64,000 nucleotides of DNA. It comes from the human T2T-CHM13v2.0 reference genome, Homo sapiens. The translations under genes and the position numbers were made by a program. Shown here one piece after another: positions 13,810 to 25,456 of the stretch. Each line of letters opens with the position of its first letter. Within the stretch, counting starts at the first letter, position 1. Under the pieces are notes generated by a model that ran no database searches, was not told the origin of the DNA, and saw only the letters and a program-made list of their open reading frames with translations. The stretch lies in the NCBI RefSeq assembly GCF_009914755.1, contig NC_060925.1; one strand, 5' to 3'.

Positions 13810-14712
13810 CATTTAAGCCCTCCCAACCTAAGAATAGCCAGTGACAAGTACAAGCATTCTCGTCTCAGTCACAACAGGTTTTGTCATCCATATCTCACAC
13901 TGGAAGGAAATAAGCCACTTAGCAGCAATCTTGGGTAATTATGGCTCCTGTAGGTGCTGCAGAGAGACCCCTTTAACTGCCCTGATTTCCAGCTTCTTCC
14001 CTGATGCACACCCAACCCACATGCATGTCAAGTCCATTCTTCTGTATCTCTGTGTTTCTTGATCTAATTCTGGGAATCCAGGATCCACATGAGACTGGAG
14101 AGGGGGAAAGGGTGGGGTTTGAGAGAAAAGGGAAAACTGGCTGGGGAAATCATACCAATAAAACAGCACTCTGCGAGCGCATCAGGAAAAATGCTAGCAT
14201 GGAGTGTGCTTTGTTATGGTGTGGGCCAACAAAACAGCTCATCTTCTGCCATCATTAGAAAAACAGATGGCAGTGGGGTGGGGACGCGGGAGAGAGAAGG
14301 AGTGAATCATCCACTGGGCAGGGGGTAAGAAGGAGGGAAGAGAGGAGGCCAGGGAAGGAGGGAGATAAACAGACAGAAGACTGGGGAGCTGGGAACAGAT
14401 CAAAGGGATCCTGAGAATTCCCTTCTGCTGCTTCTATGCATGATCTCAAGTGGGAGGGTGGATGACAGGGCTTGGAGCTGGCTTCCGTGTTTCCCAGAGG
14501 GTTATAATACAGACCTTTTCCCATTTGTTCTCCCCTCCTCCCTGCACCCCAGCACATCAGCGGGGTCACTTATCCAGAGCTTCCTAGGCTGTCGTCAGTC
14601 CCTTTGTTGATGTGACAAGGAACAAAAGCTCCATGTCTCCTCTGCCTGACTGCTGGGCTGATGTCTCCTCTGCCTAACTGCTACCAGGCAACAGCTGTTG
14701 GTTCCCCTGCTC

Positions 14713-14866
14713 CAGTGGTTCTCAGCATCACCTGGGAGCCTACTGGAAATGCACATTCTCAGGCCCCCGAATACCTACTCGATCAGAAACTGGGAGTGGG
14801 GCCCAGCAGACTGTTTTAACAAGCTTCCAAATGATTCTGAGGCTTGCTAATACTTGAGAACCACCG
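14713..14866. mobile_element. MER5A hAT-Charlie MITE
   Basis: CAGTGGTTCTCA...GGAAATGCACATTCTCAGGCCC...TGAGAACCACCG terminal inverted repeats. Confidence 0.8.
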
Positions 14867-15621
14867 CCCCAACCGAGAGTTTGTTGTGCAGCAATAATTG
14901 TAGCTAACATTATTTAGCCACTTTGAGGGTGGAAGGAAGATACAACGATACAGGTGAATCAATCCCTGTAGGAAAGGAAGGGGAACTGGACAGGAGAGGA
15001 GAAGGAGAAACAACTCTGAAGAAATAAGTAATAAAAAATGCAAAGAGGCGGGTGAAAATGAAAAAGAAAGGACAAGAGAGGCTGAAACTGGCATGCTCTA
15101 GGGGCAAATTGGCAGACACTTAATTCTTTACTGGAAAAAGTCAGCAAAATATATTAGGGAGAACAGAAGAGTGTCAGGGACAGATGGAGGGAAAACAGAC
15201 TGGAGGCAAGATAAAGCCAAGCCGGCCAGGTAGGAGAGAGGAAGCTTTTAAAAGTGCAGCACAGAAATCTGAGCTCAAATAAGGTATTTTGTTACCCAGT
15301 ATCTAAAAGGGTTTTCTGCTTTTTGCTTCCCAGTACTGAATATCATTCTAAGAGGCCTCCTTTTAATATTTAGCCTTGTAAGGGTGGAGTGCCTCATTCA
15401 TTATTTCTCCCAATAAGCCCAAGGCAGTAAATCCACCAGCTCAGTATCCTCAGCCCATATTGCCCTTCATGTTACTTCAGCACTTTTGTTTGCATCATAT
15501 TCTCTTGGCATAAGGATTTGCTTTCAATTATCCACTATTCTGTGCTGCTTATGTTTTCTGAGGTGCCACTAAGACTTTCTTTAAAAACTCTTATCTAAAT
15601 AATTCCATCTTCTTATGTTAG

Positions 15622-15706
15622 GTCATAAGCCAGTTGTTGCTGCTTGTGTTCCCATTGTCCCAGCAAGAACACACGTATGCTACATATCTGCAATCCAAAA
15701 TTGTTG
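15622..15706 (+). other. PAPPA2: Candidate 85-nt alternative (frameshifting) PAPPA2 exon
   Basis: tcttcttatgttag|GTC acceptor after about 46 nt with no AG, TTG|gtacgt donor, open in phase 0. Confidence 0.5.
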
Positions 15707-15809
15707 GTACGTTCAATTCTATTTTTCTAGTTGTTGCTTGCATTTGGCCTTTGAGACCTGAATACTCCTTGTATCTTCTGTTTCTTTCGTAAACTGCATA
15801 TGGGCAAGG

Positions 15810-16010
15810 AATGGCAACTTAGTTAATGGAAAACTTTTGAAGTCAAACGACCCTAGATTCCAATCCTGGGTCAGCTGAGTAGTGTGAGCCTCTGTATTGG
15901 GAACTGGGGCAACAAAGCTATTTTAAGGAGTTGTTAAGAGGGATGCATGTGATAGCATACATAACGCATTGAGTGTCATGCCTGGCCCGTAAGAGATTCT
16001 TACTGGTGTC
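15810..16010 (+). mobile_element. MIR remnant
   Basis: CTTTTGAAGTCAAACGACCCTAGATTCCAATCCTGG...CATGCCTGGCCCGTAAG. Confidence 0.55.
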
Positions 16011-16974
16011 ATTTATTTAAGCTATTAGCCACTTCGTGAATGTTTACTGAATGAGTAAAGCAGAATGCAGGGGCATTGCTGCTGGTGTAGCCCCAATGTA
16101 ATTAGTTGTAAACTGAGGATGTGAAAAAGGAAAGGAAAGGAAAAGAAAAGGGAAATCGGTCATACCAATAAAGACCAACTGAGATCCATAATTCACAAAT
16201 GACTTGGAGACATCGATTGTGTCCAATCAGTCATCAGGTCAGTCGGTCACCAGATCATTATATGAGTAGCTCTACTCATTCCTACAGTTGCCCACACTGG
16301 TTGGGACCTCAACATTTCTCATCTGGACTTTTGCAGTGATTTCCTAATTGCTCTCCCTTCCTCCAGACCTGTGCCCATCAATTTCCTTCATTCTCTCTAT
16401 TGCTAATACAGGGTTCTTTCTATTGTGTCTCCTCTGCTAAAAATATCTCAGGAACTCCCCATTGTTTTCACATTTAAGCCAGACTCCTTTGCAGGTAGTA
16501 AATAAGCCTTTGTCTTTCAGCCTTCTGTCTCTTCAAATCTCTTTGTGCACACTCTACTCCAGGCATAAAAAGCCTTTTCCAACATAGTTTTCTAAAAAAT
16601 GCTTGGGCTTTGCACTGTCTGTTTGCTTGATCTAGGATTGAATATTTGTCCCACCTGTGGGGTGACACTGGGCAAGTTGTATTAGATTCTTGTGCCTCAT
16701 TAGCCTCAACATAGTTTTAATAGAGTTTTTATAACAGGGTTTTAATAGTAATGCTTATTTCATAAGGTTACAGTGAAGATAAATGAGATAAATGAGTTAT
16801 TATAGGCAGTGAGCTCAGTCTAATGTCTTGTACATAATTGTGCATTATAAATCTTACCTATTTCATTATCCATCACAGAAGTATTGTTGTTGCCACATGT
16901 TACTTCACTCCCTGTATCTTCATGCATGTTGAAACCCATTCCCGGGACTCATCCTGTGACTTATTTCTCTAAGC

Positions 16975-17199
16975 CAGTGATTCTCAGCTAGGGACAATTT
17001 TGCACCCACCACTTCTCACATTAGGGGAAATGTCTGAAGACATTTTTAGTTGTCACGACTGGGCGAATGGGAGGAGATGCTGAAATATAGTGAGTGGAGG
17101 ACAGGGATGCTGCTGAATATCATACAGTGCACAGTATAGCCCACAACAAAGAATTATCCTGCCCCAAATGCCAATAATACTGCCCTTGAGACACTGCTG
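16975..17199. mobile_element. MER20 hAT-Charlie element
   Basis: CAGTGATTCTCA...GACATTTTTAGTTGTCACGACTGGG...GGGATGCTGCTGAATATC...ACAAAGAATTATCCTGCCCCAAATGCCAATAAT...GAGACACTGCTG. Confidence 0.82.
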
Positions 17200-17734
17200 T
17201 AGACTAACTCCTCTTGATCTTTCAACACATTTTTTCTACTTGGAGTATTTAATGACTGGCACTCCACCCACCACCCACCCTCAACCACAGATGGGTTATA
17301 TAATCATACTCTGGTCTCTATTTTACCACTTACCACCTTAGGGAAAGTATTAGTTTCCTGTTTGTCTGCTTTATGATGCTGTAACTACTTACAAGCTGAA
17401 GATATTGTCTTTTCCATTATTATATCTTAGCTACTCAACACGATGTTTGAATGTTTGAAATAACTGGGGCTCAGAAAACATTTATTGATTGAAAGTAATT
17501 TAATTTGCACATGGATTTTAAAATTATAGATAAGTATGCAAATATTTTATGATAACTGTATAAAAGACCTGTTAAATGCTTGTCCAATAAAGTGTACTTT
17601 CTTCCCAGCATAGAGAAAGAAAGGAAGAGAGGAAAAGAAAGAGGAAAAATGGTTTTCCTCATCTCCTGGGGTAATAATTGAAGTGAGTGTTCACTCCATC
17701 CATGAACACTGTGATATTATCAGATAATAGATTA

Positions 17735-17805
17735 CCTTCTTCCTTCCCTTCCTTCCTTCCTTCCTTCCTTCCTTCCATTTTTCCTTTTTTCTTTTTTTCT
17801 CTTTC
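17735..17805. repeat. (TTCC)n simple repeat
   Basis: CCTTCCTTCC run followed by a T-rich tract. Confidence 0.9.
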
Positions 17806-18380
17806 ATAAAGCCATATTTATTAATTCTACCAAAGTCCACAATCCTAGATTCTACTTAAGCCAAGAAGATTTTGTTCTCTAGGGAATGTACCTAGGGATA
17901 AAGACTTATCTTATAATTATAGTCTCCTTTTACATAGAACTGATGAGTTTTCTTCATACTTATGGGATGATTAAAATCCACCTAATTCTTGGCTCTGCTT
18001 TCTCTGTGAGCATGTATTTCTTGCAAGTTCATCCTATTCTTTCCAGCAGTCTCCATTTTGAATTACAGTTTTGATCTCTTCAACTCTTTGTTGATAGAGT
18101 TGTGCCCTTTCTTTTTAAAAAGAGAGAGCTGCAGAGAAGGACAGAGGCCGAGTGATGTCAGAGAATTAGGTTCAAATTCTGACTCTACCCTTCGTTAGCT
18201 ATGCGCAGTACCTGTCAGGCTTTCTCTTAGAACTTCTGTGAGAATCAGGTGAAATAACTGATTTTAACGTGTTTTATGAATTGTCAAATAATATAACGTA
18301 CTAGCAGTGATACTGCCTAAGGAATGACACATGTAACTTTGTGAGGACAGGGTCATATTGAAACAAGATATTAAGAATCA

Positions 18381-18697
<317 letters not shown>

Positions 18698-19249
18698 GGA
18701 AGCAATTCAATTACATCTAGTTTATATCTTTATGACTTTTTATTATACACTGCAAGTATCCATGGTTAATTGATATCCTTGGGGCTACCAATGCAACTTA
18801 TAAGGCCTTTTAAAGTTTGGGAGGAAATTTCCAATAACTCTGTCTGAGCCTGAGCTGCCATTTCCTCTCTAAATTCAATGCATACCTTTGTAGATGCCTA
18901 TTGTCTCATCTATCACATATTTCAAGGTTATCTAATAGGTCTATTCTTCCAGTAGTCTACCAACTCCTGAGTGGCAGGAAGTGTGTTTTGTTCACTTTTG
19001 TATCCTCTTTGAGAGACACCTAATTCTTCAGTGACACCTGCTTCTATTCCCCTAAAGACAGAGATGGAAAGTTGCAGACAGAACTTTGACTTTGAGAGTC
19101 TTAAATGGAAAAGACTGAATCAGTTTTCTGTGAAGTTGCATAGTGGAAGTAAAGTAGGGACAATACAGATGGAGAAGTAGAAAATAAAAACCCTGTCATG
19201 AGTGGAATCAAAAGGCCTTGTAACCTCAGTGAAAGTGGCATGGTGGCAG

Positions 19250-19390
19250 AAACAAAGGCTTAACACAGCTCCATCTCTAATTAGCTATTTCCTTGGGCAA
19301 GTCAGTTAACTTTTCTGAATTTAAGTTTCCTTATCTTTTAAATTAGACAGATAAAATTCATCTCTTAAAATTGTTGTGAAGATTCAGGTT
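19250..19390 (+). mobile_element. MIR core
   Basis: CCTTGGGCAAGTCAGTTAACTTTTCTGAATTTAAGTTTCCTTATCT...TTGTTGTGAAGATT. Confidence 0.65.
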
Positions 19391-20130
19391 CAGAAAACTG
19401 TGGAGATGTGGTTTGGGGCCTTCAGAGAGGTCACACCTCAGTAAAGCATGGTTGTGCTAATTTTTCAGGAATAACGGCAAACCTGTTCTTGTTTCTGGGA
19501 ATGTTTTGCCTTCCAAGTAGATTTTGGTTTTCATTACACCCACAGGTCCTTCTCTTATAGGGCCTCTTTTCAGATTTACAGCCTTCTTCTTGGTTAGCCT
19601 CAACTTCTTATTCATTGGATGGATTAGGTTTTGGAAATCTGTTAGTACTTCCTTCCTTGACTTTCATTTCAAGACCAATTCTGGTTTTGGATTTACTGCT
19701 TCTACCATGGGACTAGCCCACCCGCAAGAGAAAACTCAGTCTAAGATAGGATGGATATGAGAGTCAGGACATGATAAAGGATGCACAAGTACCTACTGTG
19801 TGAATATTTGATAAACATAATTGAGTATATGATAAAGGTTAGTCAAATTGCATTTATCAGTAATGCTGAATCACTTCTGTTACTCAAAGCACAAGGATAC
19901 TTCTCCCCACTATTAATTCTCATAGAACAGTGACAGGCAATACAAGTGTGTGTATATGTTGAGAGGGCGAGAAGCTGAGCTGGGCTGGAGAGAGAGTTGG
20001 TAAAGGACTGTTTAATAAGACCAGTAAGACCTTTTATATCACCTACCTAAGTATTTTGATTTTCTTGAAAGAATGAGGAGCTGTCAGAAAAGCCAAGCAG
20101 TATTTGCCATTTTAGAAAAAAAGAAGTTGA

Positions 20131-20536
<406 letters not shown>

Positions 20537-20877
20537 TAAATTTATAAGGAACATGCTCTCCTATACTGATGCCGTGTTCTGTGAAAGAATCAATGAGTCC
20601 TATAAGATAAAGTAGAAGCCACTTCTTAAATTTAGTAGATATGTTATTCTGACCCAAATGATGTACTCCTGCTTTCAGAAGGCAGCCAAAGGAGTTGACC
20701 CCATCTCGGATCATTACTACATGCTCTGTTGATTGGGAAGACCCAGCCAGTGCAATGCCCAGGGCTGTCTCTGGTCACACCTTGTCTTTAAGTAGTTCAC
20801 ACTGGCAATGGATTCAGCTTATAGTGTAAAAAAAAAAATGCTTAAGAATTATATAGGGTGCGGGGTATTTATTTTTT

Positions 20878-21018
20878 AAATGCAGATTCTTAGGTTCTGC
20901 CCCTCCCTCCCAATTCTTTTATGTCAAGTCAGGTGTGAAATACAATGATTTGCTTTTTTAACAAATACCTCAGGTGCTTCTAATGCAAGTGGTCTTCAAC
21001 TGTGCTTTGAGAAACACT
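20878..21018. mobile_element. MER5-family remnant
   Basis: AAATGCAGATTCTTAGG...TTTTTAACAAATACCTCAGGTGCTTCTAATGCA...TTTGAGAAACACT. Confidence 0.6.
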
Positions 21019-22630
21019 AGGCAGGGATTAATTCATATGCTGGCAAATAGTTACATGGCAGTGCCCAGCTCGCATTTTGGGAGAAAAGGAATCATCTTCC
21101 AGTGGTTCTCAAATAAATGAAGAAATCACTTGGAATAGAATAAAGTTCAGAAAGGTCAAGGATAGAAGTCAGAAGATCTGACAAACAGTGGTAAAACTGT
21201 AATTATCCTAAGCCAGAAAAAGGTGAATTGTTTTAAAATTATAGTTATTTTTTTTAAATTGTGACTTATCCTGGGTAAACAGCAGCATGGCTCTGGTCTT
21301 GAGACAACAAGCCACATGCAAATAGCTATAAGCAAGATTATCAGAAAACCTGAGTATTTCATTGTTTTGTCATTAATCTCACCATGGATCTCATTCTACT
21401 TTCCCTTTAGGGTTAGCTTCCACAGGCATTAGAAAATACAGAACCTGTTGAGGGCCAAAAAAGTGATATAAAAAGATTAATAATAATAATACCTTTGGAA
21501 AAAATCAAAAGAAGTGAGGTTTCCCAGTCTAAAATGAGAAGAATAAAGGTTAATGTAGTAAACATGTTCATGTATTGAATATTTTACTTAGAGAAAAGTT
21601 TGCAGTCACCATCCCCCAGTGAGAACAGAAGAGAATATAATGGGCTTAAAATACTCAATGAACTATTTAAAGTAAATCTATGTGAGAATATCCTAAAAGT
21701 GTTAAACTTTATACAAGGTTATAAAGGGAGGTGTTGAAAAGGCATATTAGTCTTTGGAGAGTTTTAAAAGGATATATATTCTCCCTCTCTGATATGGTTA
21801 CACATTTGCTTCTATCTCAAACACTGCTTATAGTTTGGTACTCTCTTTCCCTGTAAATCTAGGACTCCATGGATTTAAATGTGTTTATATTTGTATTATC
21901 TTAAAGCAGTCAATAGAGATATTTTATGTGTCATTATCATCTGACTACTACTTCCAAAGGAATTTATGTAGGAAGGAGTTGGGAGTAGAAAGGTGGGGCC
22001 TTGGGACAAATTTAACTTCATTGGAGTGGCTGGATTACTGAAATGGAGGTGGAAAGTTGTATTGTTTTTACACATTTAGTAGTTGATACCAACAATGGTT
22101 CCATCACTAATTCAATCCATCTGTTACACTATTCCTTGGATTCTTTCTTCTCTGTTGTCTTGGACCTCTCTCTGCCTCCCTTTTATTATTTATATTCCAG
22201 ATGGTAGCCCTGTTAGCTGTGTCTGGGACACGTGCTTATTGATCACTCATGGGCACTGCCTGCTATCCTGCTGCAACTCTATGGGATGCAGAGGCCAATA
22301 TATAACTCAGGTGGTGGAAAATAAGGGCATAAAAATTGAGGGTTTTCGTACCATTTTTCTTGCCCAGAGTTTTAGCCAAGAAGAGGTAGAGAGTAGCTGA
22401 AGCCTGACTAACAAGTCGTAATTGAGGGGATGTACTTCATTCTGGGATGTGAAAGGCTGCATACAGGCCTGGAAATGAGAGGATCAGAGGAGGGGATGGG
22501 GAAGGTTAGCTTGCCGGAGACATTGCCCGAGGAATAGTGGCAATCACGGGCTTCTGCATCATGTCGGACCCTTTCAGAGGAAGGGGTTTGTCACTTTGTG
22601 GAGTTTTGTCTCCTTATTTTTAGGACAAGA

Positions 22631-22634
<4 letters not shown>

Positions 22635-22684
<50 letters not shown>
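22635..22684. repeat. Perfect (GT)25 microsatellite
   Basis: 50 nt of uninterrupted GT. Confidence 0.98.
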
Positions 22685-22687
<3 letters not shown>

Positions 22688-23018
22688 AGTTCTTCCCATT
22701 TGACCCTGTGAAGCACCCCTGTAGTGTGGTAAAATCTGTCAGCACATTCAGAAATTCTAGAGCTCTTTGTTCTAAAAAGTGAAATGAAATATGTGGCTAA
22801 GACACTCCAGTGCAGACGCCCCACATTCTCTGTGGCAGTGAAAATGGGCTCAGGCCCACCTTTAGGAAAACAGGAAAGGGATTTTCTCCCAAGATTACAT
22901 ACTTCAAGACAGAATTCAGGCAGGCAGTTTTGCATTCATCCATAGAGCTCAGATGCTCAGGACTTCCAAGTGACAGCAGTTGAAACCTGGACCTGTGAAG
23001 AACTGGAATGGTTTAGGG

Positions 23019-23333
23019 GGTCCCAACCTTTCTGGAACCAGCGACTAGTTTCATGGAAGACAATTTTTCCATGGACAGTGTCGGTGGGGGGAGTTTCAGG
23101 ATAAAACTATTTCACATCAGATCATCAGGCATTATTTAGATTCTCATAAGGAGCGTGCAACCTAGATCCCTCACATGCACAGTCCACCACAGGGTTCGTG
23201 CTCCTATGAGAATCTAATGCCACCACAAATTTTACAGGAGGCAGATCCAGGCTATAACACTGGCTCTTCCACCACTCACCTCCTGCTGTGTGGCCCGGTT
23301 CTAACAGGCAGCAGACCAGACTGGGGACCTCTG
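23019..23333 (+). mobile_element. MER1B-like hAT-Charlie element
   Basis: GTTTCATGGAAGACAATTTTTCCATGGAC...TAGATTCTCATAAGGAGCGTGCAACCTAGATCCC...GGGGACCTCTG. Confidence 0.85.
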
Positions 23334-23341
23334 GTCTAGGG

Positions 23342-23517
23342 CAATAGTGTGGTTCTGGACCAGTGGCAGCAGCCTCACCTGGGCACTTGCTAGAAATGCA
23401 GAATCTTAGGCCCCACTCTGGACTTCTGAATCAGAAACTGTGGGGGTGAGGTCCAGCAATCAGTTTTACCAGGCCTTTCAGAGGACTCTGATGTACTTGC
23501 AGGTGCAGGATTCGCTG
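23342..23517. mobile_element. MER5A element directly abutting MER1B
   Basis: GGACCAGTGGCAGCAGCCTCACCTGGG...TAGAAATGCAGAATCTTAGGCCCC...TGAATCAGAAACTG. Confidence 0.8.
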
Positions 23518-25456
23518 GTCTAGAGTGTGGGGAAAATAGTAGCAGAAGAATGACAGTTTTGAGGGACTTGAAGAATACATCAACACTAAGGTTGCTTCTC
23601 TGATCCCGAATCTCTTTCCTTTCTGTTCCCCTCAGCTTCATAATGAAACCTGTTCAACTCTTCCTTCCTCAGTCTTTTCTATCTGTAAGACTTCTATTAT
23701 TACACTTTAGTAATATATTTTTTATCACTGGATAGTCACGGATTATTCTTAATAAATGTCAAGGCTTGAAAGTATAATCACAGCCCAAAATGGACTTAGA
23801 AGTGTGACCAGATGGAATTGCTACTGCTCTTTCAAAAAGCATCTCACTTGAGTATGTCTCTATGAATTCTTATTATAAAGAGAAAAATGAATCTTATTTG
23901 TGATAACTGCATAAAAAAACCAATGTTCTATTTCAACTTTATCACTTGTGCATTGTGTGATAGTTGTTTAACTTCTTTTGTTTCCTCTTTATTTATATGT
24001 TGTCATATAAATAATAGCCAACAATTAAACTTCTCTTTGCCACACTTCAGCTGTTTACAAATCAGATATAATAATCATTCCTTCCCTGTTTCTCAGAAGG
24101 CACATCTTCAGGGCTGATTTTTCTTTTAATTCTTGCCAAGTTTTTTAGGATCTATGAGTGAAAAGGGGTTATAAAAATGCTAATTAGGGTAGGGATAATA
24201 ATGGCCTACAAGCCAATAATAGGGACAGCTACTAGACTTCTAGCAGGGATGGTGTAGGTCCTTACAAATCTAAATCTAAATATGTGTTAGACATATTAAA
24301 ATCCAGAGAAAAATTGAAAATTTGCTTAAGTTGGAACTGTCTTCCAGGCTCACTACCTGCCAAATTCTAATCCCCTTGAGATTTGTTTGTGAATTTCACT
24401 GCCAGTTTTGTGCAATATCTGCACCAGCCTAAAATCCCGGCATGTCTTTAAGCTTGTCTAGAGTCCCATTTGGTTCAGGGCTCAACTTCAGATTCTCCAG
24501 CTGGAATCTCTGAAAATCAGATTCCAAATGTTAATTAGGACTAGGTTTTCATTTTGAAAGCTAAAACCATTGCCCCCACACCCCTACACCCCCTACCTTT
24601 CCACCTCCAGCTTTTTAAAAAAGTAAAACATTAAAAGCACAACCAACCGTCCAAATTGTAAAACCTCATCTAGATTAACAACATTCGTGAGAGTTTATGC
24701 TTGTCTAAAATTCCTCTGGAGCCGTGCTGTGACTTCCTGGTAGGCTCTCTGACAGGCTGCATTTTTGCTTCTTTTGTCCTCTTGGCCTTCTGGGTGGGCC
24801 ACTTTCTCACTCTGTTAATTTTCTTTATGACATCTGTTATCCCTTTTTCCTCCCACTCCACCCTTTTTCTGATTTATTCTGGGCTTTTTTGTTCTTTTTT
24901 TTTTGGGGGGGAGGGTTCTTTTTCTCTTTCACTGTCCTTCCCTTTTTAGCCCAGACTTGCAGATAATTTAAATATTACTCGCCTGCAGAATTGCCATCAC
25001 AGAAATGCTACCATCTTTTCTTTAACCTGCCAGACCTTCAGCTGCTTCTTAATGATTTTGCTGAAGTTATAAGAATGGGCAGCATGCAAAATTATGTCTA
25101 TAGATAACTCTAGATTCTCCTCTTTTCACAGGGACTTTGCTCAACTAAGACTTCTAATTGTGCTTCAAAACTGTGTTTTAAATGCATTCTAATCATGGCA
25201 CAAATACATTATTGAGATTATTCGTGAATCCTATAAGGCATTGCTTATTTTACAATTTACCATCATGGTAATTGTCATAATTTCTTAATTAAATAATCCA
25301 ATAGACAGGCTCTTTCAGAAAGTTCATAAAATTTGAACCATTTCCAATTCATTCTACTAACATAGATGTTCATTTAAGTGAAATTATTTTATTAAATACT
25401 TATTTATTACAAGGACTGAGTGCTAGCAATGCATTTTACTAATTTTCTTACACCTT

